A stretch of DNA of 64,000 nt from positions 4,521,812 to 4,585,811 of the forward strand of contig NC_092675.1 of assembly GCF_964355755.1 (NCBI RefSeq), read 5' to 3'. This stretch comes from Antedon mediterranea (lineage: Eukaryota; Animalia; Echinodermata). The notes beneath the pieces were generated by a model. That model saw only the letters and a program-made list of their open reading frames with translations. It had not been told where the DNA came from and ran no database searches. Positions 13,001 through 26,367 of this stretch are shown here, one piece after another (the first letter of the stretch is position 1; every line of letters begins with the position of its first letter). A program made the position numbers and the translations under genes.

Positions 13001-16000
13001 CTTTACATGAACTTCATCAAACCACTCTGTCGACATTCTTTATCTCACTGACTAAATTAGCATTATACAATATATCTTGTAATAATTCCATGACACTATA
13101 TTGTTTATAGGGGTTGCTGTGACCTACTTTACTTGTTCACTATAACTCTTGTTATTGCTCCTACTAGCTTAATAGCTTATTGTAAGCTTATTGTAATCAA
13201 TATCAGGGTTCATAATTGTTTGCAGTTTTGTTACATCATTAATTCCCTCAAATGTTATTATACCATGGAGGAAAAAACAATTATTTTTCCTTCATGATTA
13301 TACTAGAATAGTGTTCCTTGGATACAATAATAATAATAATACCAGTGGTTAAGGTATACAATTGGAGAATACTGCTCTGTCTACACTGTCTAACTAGTTT
13401 GACAAAAAAACTGTGATGTGCCCAAATATGGTAGTGATATGACATCATCATGTCCAAATATGGGCACATCACATTTTTTTGTCACATAAAGTTTGATAGT
13501 GTAGACAGAGTTTAAGACTTGGTTTGTTGTTTGTCGTCAATAGAGTATTCTAGGGTAACATTATTAGGGCATAACTGATGAAAACGCCTTTCATACTCTC
13601 ATACTATCCAAATATGGATGGACATTGTACAGGTTATTTTATATCATCTGAAAACTTGTTGGTAAGAATATCCAAGAAGCAGACTGATTTACAACAAGAA
13701 TACTGAAATAATTATTCCCTTACTTTGGTCCTGCAGACATGACAGGACATTTATCAGCAGTGCAGAACTCTGTTATTGTTCCATACAACATGTTTATTTG
13801 ATTGAAGAAGTCCACAGCTAGTAAAAGAAGAAAAAAAACATAATTAAATATTGAATACAAATTTTATGTAAATGATACAAAATTATACTTACTGTATAAA
13901 TAATTCATGTTCCAAGCCATATTGAATTTTAATGATTGAAATGATAGATAAGAGACATAGTCCTGTGCAGTTTCTATATTTCAGTTCCTGTACAGTATGC
14001 ACATTTTCCTGTTTGTTTTTTTTATTTAAATTCGGAAATTATGTTTTTTAACTTCCTGCCTTCTATAACTTGTGGTGTGTAAATGGCAGCCATAATTGTT
14101 CAGAGATATTATCAAGTATTATTTATTGTAAATAATCGGTATTAATTAGTGTTTTTCACAAATCAGAACAAAAAATCCATATATTTTTGTATTGGCGTGC
14201 AGTAATGACACATGGATTAAAAAAAAAACATTAAAATTAAAATTTAAATATAATTAATGACATTATATACGTTGCAACTGTTTTTTGATTTTTTTAAAGT
14301 ACAAAATAGGTTAAAATATGTAATGAATTTAAGTACAGTAAGTTATGGAACAGCATCATCATTTATTATTGTAGCGTACTGTTACTATGGAAACAGTAAA
14401 TTGATACTGTTAATAGCAACCTATACTATTCCACAGATATAATGAATGTATACTGTATTTATATCTCCATAATTTTCAATGATTCTATAATGATTATTAT
14501 ATATTATGTATATTAAAAATATGACTAAAGATTTCGAACAAGTTTTAACTTTACAGAAGTTTACAGAACACCTGGAGAATATCTATTTGAATACTATGAA
14601 CAATTTGAATACAAACTGGTACTGTAAAAGTAAACGTCTTGGTACTGTAAAAGCCAGGACTGGTACTGTAACTAAAAGCCAGGATTTGAACCAAGAATTT
14701 AATTTATAGGGCCATGAACCAAGGACTCCATGATTGGAAAGCTTCATAACCAACAAGCTACTCAAAAAAGAGGGATTTTAATATTTCTAAAGATTTTTAT
14801 CTGATACTCTCGGATTGAACACGCACTCAAATGAAGGTCGAAATTCATTTATTATTACCAGATGGAACAAAAGCCATTGCTAATGGTTTTAAAAGACAAA
14901 TATTGTTATTGAATTCATTATGCAAGACATCAGTAGTTGGGTTTTTTTCCTCTTAAGAATGCTGTTAAGCAACTACTGTACTGTAGGTCCCTCCAACTGT
15001 AAACTAAAGATCAGGTTTGGAGGGGAACCACCGAAAGGGGTAATATATCCAATTGTGGGATAGATTAAATATTAACTTACTAAATAGTTACTAAACTGTT
15101 GTAACGCATGACTTTGTCAAAAAAGATTTTATACAAAAATAACTACCAAATATTCAAAATGTAATGTATAGCATATTTCAAATGGAGAAGAATTTATATA
15201 TAAAAATTGTTTAATTCTCTTGGTATTTTCTGAAGAATCTTTGGTTTGATGATGAATTCTTCCTGGTTTGGATTTGAAAGAAAGAAACCATTGTTTAATA
15301 CTATACTGTCTAGTATTTTATGAGTTTATCCATACCAATCCAATTGGATAAAGAAATTCTTATCATACACTAATAATAAGTCAAGTTTCTGTTTTGTAAA
15401 CGAAATTTCCTTCTCAAACCTACTGTAATAACTAATATACTTAAAGCCCCCTTCCCTACGTTTTTTAGATCTAATTTAAGATCACAAACTATATTTAATG
15501 TAAAAATAATACTATATGGTCCTATTGCGATAACTTTTTTCGTCTTTAAACGGTTCAAAATGTGAAAAATAAGTCGATTCTAATAATTATAGCGGCCCGC
15601 TATGAATCCCAAAATGCATTGCGCGCGGATTGATATTTTTGTTTTTCACCTGTAATTCGCCCACGTTTCGATCGATCGTGAGGCCAAAACAAATGGAAGA
15701 CTCCTAACTTTTCAGCGAAAATACCGGGTTTCCCCCAATTTGTATCAACGGAGTCTGGCAAAAATAGAAAGACAATTAATGCAGCAACTATACAACGTCA
15801 GGCTGGGTATATAGCTAGCGTACGATGTTCGTACGTTACCGATGTTTACCAGCTAGGCCTACAAAACTAAGCTAGGCTAGGCCTAAGACCGTCCACGAGA
15901 GGTCGATCGCCGCGGGCTACTTAGGTAGTGCATTGTTTCTCACTTTTTATCATAATTTACCATAAAACGTACATTTAAGACAATGAATGACATGGTTTAA

Positions 16001-18190
16001 TGTTTTTAAAGTGATATATATGTATTATTTTCCAAAAAACGTCCAAAATTGCAGGGAAGGGGTCTTTAAATTTACAATTTTCAATACTAGTACTATGAAA
16101 TACATGAATGCCTTTTATTCTCAAATATGCTGCTTCTAAAATCCTTCTGGGATAATTCAATAATGTTGGGAGGAAGGAAATTTGTGAACAACATTAAGTT
16201 CTATTGGTTATGTTTTGGATATAAATAATGCAATTAATAATGGAAAGAAAGTTATTATGGATTTTTATAGGAGTGGTCACGTGTGTAGATTTAATACTAT
16301 ATGACTCATACAGTAGATACTATCTACAATGCAAACAAAACGAAAGCAAATAAAAGGAGATGTATAATCTTCCCCTGAAAAAACAAATTCACTAGAATAA
16401 AAACTTCAACCTTGATTTATCCAAGATGCTTCACACAGATGGTCCCAACTTGGAATAATGAAATATTGGGAGAGACTTTGTGTGGCCAAACCATAGAGAA
16501 CACTATGTTTATTTTTTTTAATTACATCAAAACATCTGCCTCAGACGTATTGGCCCATACCTTTCCTCGGTTCAAGGTGGGCACTGGACGAGAGAAGCCC
16601 TTGATCAATGTTAGGACCAATCAAGGTGCTTTAAACAATCCTGGCTTTGTTTGTATCAAACCTGTTAGTGGCGGTAATTATCGCTGTTTGTTTCGATTGA
16701 ATAAAATGAAATATTTAAAAAAATAGAGAGATGATGCTATTTTATCCATTCATGACTTTTAGCTAGAGATCACTTGAAATTATTGGGAAACTCATGTATG
16801 ATTAAATACAGTATCAGGAGGCTTGGGAGGTTTGTTTGTTTAAAATCATAGTACTGTAAAAGAAGCCCATCTAAAAAAAAGCTCCCTCTGTGTTTTGAAA
16901 AAGTAATCTCCAAAAGAAGCCCATCTCCAAAAAAAGCAAACTCATGAGTCCTGAAAAAAAGAAGAAACCCATGGGCTTCTTTTCAATGTTTTACGGTAAC
17001 TCGTTTGTAGTATACTTACTATTAACAGCAACCCATTCATTGAGCTCTTCTCCTTCAGGCAAGGCAACAGCTTGTCGCAAGTTGCCACTTCCGAGCGTCC
17101 TTTCCGCATGTTTCATCAAGTCATACTGATGTGTTCCTTCAGGAATATTCTTCTTAGGTCGGAATGTTTTAGACCTTGTACTACTGTTGTTTGAAATATT
17201 AAAGATTATTAATTAGAATAGAATGATGAGTAAACAAATGCCAATTAGCAAAATAATTATGACAATAACTTTTGTGTTTGACAGAAAAAAATCTCATCTC
17301 AAACTTGTCTTGGAAAGCCATTGAAACATATTCATCAACAGCCTCAAATGTGGAAAAACCTTAGAGCTTCCAAAGATCCCTGGCACCAGACCTTTTCCCC
17401 TGTTTGTCTGGATGATATTTGCGGCTATAGAACAGGCGTCATCCTAGTACTGATTGCTGGGTTAAAAAGCTCACATATGCACAGTTTAACAGTAAATGCA
17501 CAAAGTTTAACACCGACTTCATTAACCGGCTGGTTGCAGTGATGGGGTTAGGGATCGGAGGGTTTTGCATTTTTTTTTCGGCATGGACATTTTTTTTTTG
17601 TCTTTATTGAGGGTTACGGTAGCATTATTTGGGGGGTAGGCCTATTTCCTATTTTACGGTTGTGAAAGGACGTGATCGTCGATGCCTGTTCCCTCTACTG
17701 CAAGTCTGGATCTAGATGCCACAACAGTCGGCAGACAGAGGGTTATTGAAAACTCCATCACCCTTTTGACACTCTACGTAACATTTGATTGGAAGAATTT
17801 GAACATGAGAATGTATGTATGAGAAATTAAAAAATGTAAATTACTAACAGTAACACCAGAAAGAAATATACAGTGTAATGATAATGTTAATTTGAATTGA
17901 GGGTCTACTCTCTATCTAGGCTAGTAAAGTAAATTATCAAAACTAGACTTTAAAAGCTTCAAAACCACCAAGACAGACGATTCATTCCGCTTGGCCTTAG
18001 CCTAGAGTACTAAGCCGGCCTAGGCTAGGCTAGTACTTGCTACGCTAGTTAATAGAGTAGTGAATAGCCTCTACCAGCTCTCTCTAGCCGGCCTAGCTAA
18101 ATGTAGGTCGACGTCGTACGTAGGCGGCTAGCTAGGCTAGTCTATGAAGATGATGAACTAGCCTAAATAAACTTACAAAAGAAAGCTCAT
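10099..18190 (-). CDS. MOB1: MOB kinase activator 1 (Hippo pathway, Mats/MOB1A/B), 5 coding exons, ~213 aa
   Basis: Exons 18177-18190, 17020-17183, 13724-13817, 12792-12925, 10099-10334. Translation: [139 protein letters not shown]. Confidence 0.97.
13373..13512. mobile_element. MITE family A
   Basis: Same TIRs and core. Confidence 0.78.
15445..16065. mobile_element. Non-autonomous TTAA-targeting DNA transposon (Kolobok-like)
   Basis: TTAA|AGCCCCCTTCCCT...AGGGAAGGGGTCT|TTAA. Confidence 0.7.
16854..16996. mobile_element. Short degraded CCGTA-type MITE
   Basis: TA-CTGTAAAAGAAGCCCAT...ATGGGCTTCTTT..TTTTACGG-TA. Confidence 0.5.
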
Positions 18191-18377
18191 TCTTCGTCCT
18201 CCTGACGGGACTCAGCTTCACTATTTTTCTGAAAAACTAATTCTTGTATTCTTGTAAATTGTTTGTTATAAATTATATTTGTTTTTCTTCTTCCAAATCA
18301 CCACGACATTTTATGATGGATAAACTCGAGCGAGATTTTTAGTTGGAAAAAAGATAAGGCACGAAAACCGTGATAAA

Positions 18378-18385
18378 TGACGTCA
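18378..18385. promoter_or_regulatory. Palindromic CRE in the MOB1 upstream region
   Basis: TGACGTCA about 190 bp upstream of the MOB1 ATG in a CpG-enriched stretch. Confidence 0.4.
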
Positions 18386-20988
18386 TAACTGCCTGACCAA
18401 CCAGTTTTCAATAAACGTCACACCCCCATTCCCCAGTTAAAAATAAAGTAGTACATTTTACTAAAATTCTATATCATTGTCAACTTTTATTGTTGAAAAT
18501 ATCATCCATCCATTGTTTTCCATGCTCCGTGTAAAAAACTTAAAAATACAAAAATGCAACAACACAAATAAACATGAAACTCATCTCATTATCAAGATTT
18601 TATGCGATATATTTATTTTCAATTCACGTTCATCATACGAATCATACGTATTGTAGATTATTTCAGTACACTTAGCATATGTCATAACGTTGTTTATTTT
18701 CCAAGTTAGAGGGACATATCAAATCTGTAACATTCGGGTACATTTTTTTTCTTCATAAATAGGGCCTTTGTCAACATTTAACCTTCTCATGAAAATGAAT
18801 CTAACAAAACAACCATATTATTTATATTCATGTAAACAAAATGATTTCATGAATTAGGCCTAATAAGGAAAAGCTGTGAACTCGGTCAGATGGGCTCAAT
18901 ATAATAAAATAATTGTAAATTTAACTGAGTGTTCAAAATCAAAGTACACTTTTACATTTATTTCTACAAAAATACGGTCAGACTGATTTTTTTTTCTTAG
19001 GATTTAAAAACAAAATCAATGCTAAGCTATGTACAACAAGCTCAACATACCATGTCATCAAAGATAATTCAATCCGATTGCACAGATTATGAAATATCTA
19101 ACATAACATCTTTCTCAAAATCACACAAAATTCAACAGTATATTCCAATATTCTGGGAATGACATGCAACTAGAAAAATAATATAAATACAATCCTTAGA
19201 AGGTATTATCTATGACTGAAAGCATATTTTTTTTTTAGAAATAAATCTTTTGTGTTGTTCCCAACCTTAGATAAGAATAAAAAGTATCCTCTTAAATATT
19301 CTATCTGTAGCATAATAGCAAGATCATTTTAATTATTATTATTATTAGTATTAATAAAATAAATTGAAACCATACAACTAAGTACTGTGTGTTGATAATA
19401 AGAACATCATGGAGTTAAACACAGGCCATATACATGGGCTGCAGTCGCGTGCTAAAATTTGAGTTAGTGTTTACCGTGATAGTGAGCTGTAGTTGCGTTT
19501 GCACACAACTAAAAAGACAGGCATAAAATTAAATGTGACCATGTATGATTTGGGCATAATCTGGTATGAACACAAATAATTAATTCTGCTGTAGAAATAC
19601 CTAATTTTCCAATATTCCAAATAACCTTTTAATTTAATTAAATAACGTGGGATAATGCACTTTCAAAATGATACATACTGTAGTGTAAGTGATGTTCTTA
19701 TTTGAATGAAAATAAAATAGATAAGCGAACTATAAAACATCAGCATAAACGTATTCTGGTGAATTTTGATTACAAATTAATCATTTTTCAGGTGAAAATC
19801 CATCTTTAATAAAAACAAGTTTTTAGATTTTAGTAATAATAATCATACTGTAGTATGTCTCATTTCGAATACATATTGATAAAGTACACATAAAAGAAAA
19901 TGTAAGGTTCTATCATGTAAAATATATCTGAGGTATATATTATAAATTGCCATACTATTATAAATTGGCTCTCAAATTTTATAAGGAATGATCTAGAATT
20001 ATCGTACACAAATCGGGTATGAGTCCACGTTCCTTGGAACATTAAATTTGGTTTGGTAGTGTGGGGTTTATACTTGAGAATGAACATGATTGTTTGAAGG
20101 GGTTTTCTACCATGGGGAAGGGATTTTTACCCTGTGGTGTTGCAAATATGTACTGATTTTAAGTATGTGTAATTACCTACAAATATGATGCATAATTGTA
20201 CATAGGTAACAAAAGAGATGGATATGAAAATAAAGGGGTATGAAGTTAGGGAGTGTGAAGTTAAAGTTCAGAATAAAGATATGATTCAAAACATTTTATG
20301 TTCGATCAATCGTTAATTTTAAATAATGAAATATAAGGAAAACACTTTGATTATTAGAGAGGTTATTTATACCCTGGTAGGTACCCAATTTAAATATGAC
20401 ATTGGGTAAATGATCTGCTGTAGTTTGATAAACATTACATCTAAATCTTGTATTGGATTTAGCTGTTCAGTAAACTTAAAAAGACATCCTGATTCAAAAC
20501 TCAAATATGAAATATTTGTAAAAATATTTTAACAATTTATCTACATGTTTAAGAAATATATTAAACTACCTACAATATCTGTTTGTTTGCTGTCAAGATT
20601 ATTAAGAGATATGGTGGTTTGTGTTGACAATATTATATCAATTGGAAAGAAACCCTGCCAGCTTCTTTCATTAATTTATTTCTATTACCACTGACTTGAA
20701 AAAATATGGGGTAAAAGCCGACAGCAAACAAACTAATTTTTTAGGCTTAATGTGAGAAATCCTAAGCACCATTGTGAACACTGCATGTTTTATTAATATG
20801 CAGTTAATTAAAAACTTAAAATAGTAAATTACAAATAGGAAAATATAAGCATGAAAAATGTAATTTGTCTTAATTAACTTTATATTTCAACATACAGGAA
20901 TTCTCAAAGTTCTGCCTGTAAATAGGCAGAACCTAAAAACTGCATGTTGAGATATAAGGTTGGAGTTCAGTTCATCAAATCCTTCTAA

Positions 20989-21130
20989 AGCTCTGTTTAC
21001 ACTAACTAAACTAGTTTGACCAAAAAAAAAGAGTGAAGTGCCCATGGTAGTGATATGACATCATCGTGTCCATATATGGGCACATTACTTTTTTTTTGTC
21101 ACACAAGGTTTGATAAGTGTAGACAAAGCT
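20989..21130. mobile_element. MITE family A
   Basis: Same TIRs and core; TAA/TTA flanks. Confidence 0.75.
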
Positions 21131-21679
21131 TTATGAATATGTTTGAAAATGTTAATTATCTTAATACTGTACACTGTTCTCCTATGTATTTTATGTAGAT
21201 GAAAATAAGTTATTTGTAAAATATACATTCTCGCAATTTTCATAATGAAAATTAGCACTGTTAAACAGCTGATTAGAGGTATTTTATGATTGTACATCAA
21301 CATCATAAATAGAGTAACATGAAAATCTATAATTAATATAAATTTGGGTTAAATCAATTATAAAATCATTTATTAAGCAATATTAAAGGAAATATCAGTA
21401 GGTTCTATAAGAACGAATATAAAATTTATATAATTGTTTTGAGCAAAAATTGGGTTTTTCACCTTTATTTGTCTCAAGTATATAGCAGGGCAGAGCCCCG
21501 TCTCCGGTACTTAAGCATACATTTATTTTTAAGAAAGTCTTTATTATATTTGGTATTTGAAAAAAAGCTGCTCATGTTTTGTCCTATTAACAATACAAAA
21601 TTAAAGTAACATGAAATTATTGAAATATAATCCATCACTTTACTGCAAAGCAGAAATGTGATGGTGTCCTACGTTTTAC

Positions 21680-21836
21680 CATGAAAAAAGTAGCAATCTT
21701 GAATTTCCAATGAAATACTACATGAAAAAAGTAGCAATCTTGAATTTCCAATGAAATACTACATGAAAAAAGTAGCAATCTTGAATTTCCAATGAAATAC
21801 TACATGAAAAAAGTAGCAATCTTGAATTTCAAATGA
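21680..21836. repeat. 41-bp tandem repeat, ~3.8 copies
   Basis: (CATGAAAAAAGTAGCAATCTTGAATTTCCAATGAAATACTA)n. Confidence 0.9.
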
Positions 21837-22586
21837 ATGACCAAAGTGTCTAGAAGATGATTGGTGGATAACAAAATATTTAAATTGACCCAAAAAAAAA
21901 AGGAAATAAAAAATAATAGAATTTAAGATGAACTTAAAGAAATATTGCAGTTCTACAGTAAAGTATGAAAGCTTACAAGAGCAATAATAAGTAAATTACA
22001 AGGCTTTAATTTTTATTTTAAATGGAATTTAGCAAAACTGCTATTTAAGCTGACTGAATGTGGATTAATGCCATGTTTGTTTATCTTAATTCAACAATAC
22101 AAAGCATTCTATTTAGGAAAATCGCAGAAGATGAGTATAAAATTGACAAATTGATCACACACATATTTTGTTAATAGAATAACGGTCAATTCTGTAATAA
22201 GACTGTACTTATGAATCTAAACTGTATTCATTCAATTATTTGACAAAAAAATAAAACAATACTGTTGACTTGAACTTGGTAATTTAAAAACAATTGTTTT
22301 TAGGATTATTTTTTTGTTATCATTTTAACTACTGTAGAAAGAAATGTTAAATCTGGCTTGTAGCTTCTATAATTAGGTAATTATTGAATAGACAGCAGTT
22401 TCTATGATTGAGTATATATATTTGATGATGTTAGACCTTGATTCACTGAGACATTACTGTAGGCTTCTCTCCCCAGACTACTTTTATTGCACTGAGCACT
22501 GATTTTGCTGCTGCTTCCAAGTCTAGTTTTTTTTTAGTCTGCAAAATGATGCTAAGTTGCATGGGAGTTGCAAATGAAGTCAAATT

Positions 22587-25224
22587 TCAAATATCCATCT
22601 CGAACTGAGCTTCTTCAGCAACTAAGAAGAATAAAATTAAATACAAATCATTATAAACAGTATTGTAGTTTCACAAGACATAAACACTGTTGTCAAAAGC
22701 TAGCTTTTGGAGGATAGATGGCAGCAAACAGTGTGGTATACACAATACACACAAATCTATGCATGCATATAAGCCTAATATACACGTTCTATTCCGGGAG
22801 CGTATATGGTACTGTAAAATCACGAAACAAAAGCTTGCTACTGTCAAGGTTTAAACATTAAGGATATGTTCAGATCCATGGAGTTATGCTTTCCTATTGA
22901 TATTATAATTAGCGTCGAAACAGTAAAGTGTTCAGATTTTGGCTTTCATTTGAAGGTTAGAGGTCAAAATCATTGATGCATGACTTTCGTATCGTACGCG
23001 TCGTTCACTAATCTTGTACCTGAAGGTTGCGTAACGAACAAAAGGTCGGTGTCGTAAAAGGTGGCTTCCACTCTTTTCCTGGTTCTGACCCTGGGTACAA
23101 TACGAAAGCATAACTCTGAAGGTCTGAACAGGCCCTGAGTTAAGTTAAAGTAGGAACTTGTTAAGAAGCAAAATTAATGCTACTTATAGGGCAGTAATGA
23201 TCTAAGGCCACAATGTTTAATTTAACCTCCATTGAATCCTAATTGGACACTTACTAATGACATCATCAGTTGATGATTTTGGTTTAGGTTTTTCTTTAAA
23301 CCCATCATCAGTATTACCAGTAGTTGTCACCCCTTCAATGTACGGTAGATTCTTTGGTGGCGTTTGAGCTAATGGTGAATTGCGCATTTGCATCAAGAAG
23401 TTTCTTTCGTAAATAATGCGTGTTCCTGGAAAACAATTATTGAAAAATGATGTTGATTAAAATTTCAATTTCAATAAACAAAGAAAAAGCACTACTGATA
23501 TTTAGAGGCACCAACTGCATACTTTTAATTCATGTATGTATCCCAGTGAATAAAGTATACAAATACATATCCTGCTGCTGACATATAAGGCCATCAACGG
23601 ATGTGCTCCAGCCTACATATGTGACATCATTACTCCGTCAACCAACTCTTCGCTTCGTTCATCCAGCAGACTTCTTCTAAAACCTGGACCCCGTTCCAGA
23701 ACTCGGTTTTACGGTGATCGTGCTTTCGCTGTCGCAGCCCCAAAACTCTGGAACACTCTACCCCTCGAAATACGCTCATCAAAATCTGTTATCACATTTA
23801 AAACTAAACTCAAAACTAATCTCTTCAGAGAAGCATAATCACACGCTACTACTTGCACAGATCTTGGAAAACACAGCGCTTTGAAACCTTTGTCTCTTGC
23901 GCTTTATAAATGTTATTTATTATTATTATTATTAAATGCATGACTTACTCTACCCATGTGGTTCTCTTTGTGTAATCAATGATGTAAATTATGTAACAAT
24001 CAGTAATTACAAATGGCACAAAAACTGAAACAAATCCTAGTCCGAAAAGTTAAAAGGACAAAAAGTGAAAAACGCAAAACCACCTTTAAATGGTTATTCA
24101 CATGGCAGGTCATTATAACCCCAAAACCAATTATTATTTTACACCCTATTGTATGTGAATGTGAATATCATTTTATGTGTGAGATAATGGTACTGTAAGT
24201 TAAGTATAACACACTTCTCGTTGAATGATTAATTGAATATTTTATATTTTTTAAATGGTACAAATAATTTCATTCGGTGAAAGATAAAAATTGAACTTTC
24301 ATCTTTTACCGAATGAAATTATTTGTACCATTTCAATCTACGGTCAGTAGTGACCGTGGTTGTTTATTTTCAAAGGCATTGCGGGCCAATTGAGAGGGCA
24401 GACGGCACTGGCCGCGGTAAAAATTTGAGGCCTGCAATCATAAACATTCATTATTCAACATGCACAAAGGCAGCTGTGGAAATAACCATACCATGTAAAA
24501 TGCAAGAAAATATGAACAAATTAATTGCCTTTTGTTTCATATATTCTAAATGTTTTTCAGCATCATTCTCTTTATTATTCTAAAATAGATTTTATCTATT
24601 CATGTGTTCTTATTTTTACTTGATTAAATTATTAACGATTTAATTTAATTTAATGAATTCTGCCAAGGAAAACTAAAAGTAAAAAGAATTATTCAGTTTA
24701 GGCCAAGTTTAATTGGCTTTTAAAAACAATAAATCAATTGGTTGCATTAACTGTATTTATATACTATAAGATTGCATCATACCATTTTCTACAATCATTA
24801 GGAGAATCTAATGTAAATAGTTTTAGCAACAACAAATCAACGTCACGCCACCAAAATGTCACGTGGGTTTGTTTACAACGAGCTAGTTGCTCATCCATGC
24901 CGAACTTTAAAACGGAAAATTTTGAAACGAGAGTTCATACTAAATGAAGAATTGCATTATTTAAAATTAGGCGAAACTTATAGGCAAAAAAATATATGAA
25001 AAACGTAATTCGTTATTATCAAATAGAAATATTTTATTTTTAAAATATTTTAAGTAAATGTAAACAAATCTTGTTTCAAGCTAGGCCTTACCTCCTGGTG
25101 TTGTTCCAAACATCGTCCCTCCAGGCGTGGTGCCATAATCGCTCGGTAACTGAGATGGGTCAGATACTCGCACTGTTCGTGTTGGGATATTTCTTGTTCC
25201 AGAAATACTGTTTGTGCCCGACAT
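22587..25224 (-). CDS. EIF4EBP: eIF4E-binding protein (4E-BP), 3 coding exons, ~112 aa
   Basis: Exons 25092-25224, 23255-23425, 22587-22621. Contains [28 protein letters not shown] (YxxxxL-phi eIF4E-binding motif), [10 protein letters not shown] phosphosites and the C-terminal TOS motif FEMDI. Confidence 0.97.
22862..23135. mobile_element. Probable Harbinger-like MITE in 4E-BP intron 2
   Basis: GGATATGTTCAGA...TCTGAACAGGCCC imperfect TIRs around a CpG-richer core. Confidence 0.45.
23572..23934 (+). mobile_element. L2-clade LINE 3' end fragment in 4E-BP intron 1
   Basis: [49 protein letters not shown], then CAGCGCTTTGA..GCGCTTTATAAA and an (ATT)n tail. Confidence 0.85.
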
Positions 25225-26367
25225 TGCGAAGAAAGTATTAATGCTTATTTGTAAAGTAATTTAGGAGAATGGTTTACATTAATATGGGCTTACGAGCGAG
25301 TTTAGTTGGACCTAATTCAAAATGCTTCTGACCGCGTTGTCACGAGATGGTGGAAGAAAATAAAAACAAGAACGTTGGACTGCGACCTCTCGCTCGGCTT
25401 TCCGATACTTCCCGATCAAAATACGATGATTGGACTCTTAACATCTAATAAAGTTGTATAATAAACTATATTATACGATAATATTTAACCAATTTGATTA
25501 GCTAGTCTATATGCAAAATTACAATATACTTGAATATATTATTTTAAATATTTTATAGAAATGAAAAATCAAATTTTGGTTAATTTAAATTTGTTTATAA
25601 TGTCGTTAATGATACTCCATTTGTAGCAGACTACACCTTTTACACATGTTTGTTTGTGTCCCTGGTTCGTTTCATTTAATTTTTCTATATATATTTTCAG
25701 TTAAATCTACATTGTAGTAATTTCGCCCTGTTTTTTAAAGCTTTTGTGGAATAAGCTGTAAATAGCTTCTTTCTCTAGCTCTACTAACTAGGTCTACTGT
25801 CTATCCTAGTAGTACTACTAGGCCTAGTAGTACTACTATAAAATAGGCCTAGAGACTAGCTAGTTTGACTATTATTGATGGAGGCTAACTGGCCTAGATT
25901 ATGTTACGTACTACTTTCTCTACTCTACTACTAGGCCTAGTACTGGTAGCCTTAAGAAGGTACTACACTACAGTAGCCTAGTAATAGTAGTAAGTAGGTA
26001 GGCCTAGATTCAGAATCCACAACCAAATAAATAATTAATTTGCATGCATCATCAGACATTTGCCATACGCCCTAGAGTTTTGTTTTGTTTTGTCATTTTG
26101 AAATAGTAGTTACTAAAACCTAACATTGAAATTGTAATTACAAAATCCAGGGACCATGAACAGCAACAATTTTGTGATTCCTCTTTTTGTTCATTTGGTC
26201 AATTGAGAATTATTTCTATCCTTGTTTCTACAAATTTAAAGACTACATTATTATTATAAAAATTAATTCAATTGTTTATTGAATGTTTACAGGTTGTCTT
26301 ATCTAATAAACTTTTTGTTTTGCATCAGAAACTTGGGATTAAATGATTAAATAGTTTGGAATTGGAA

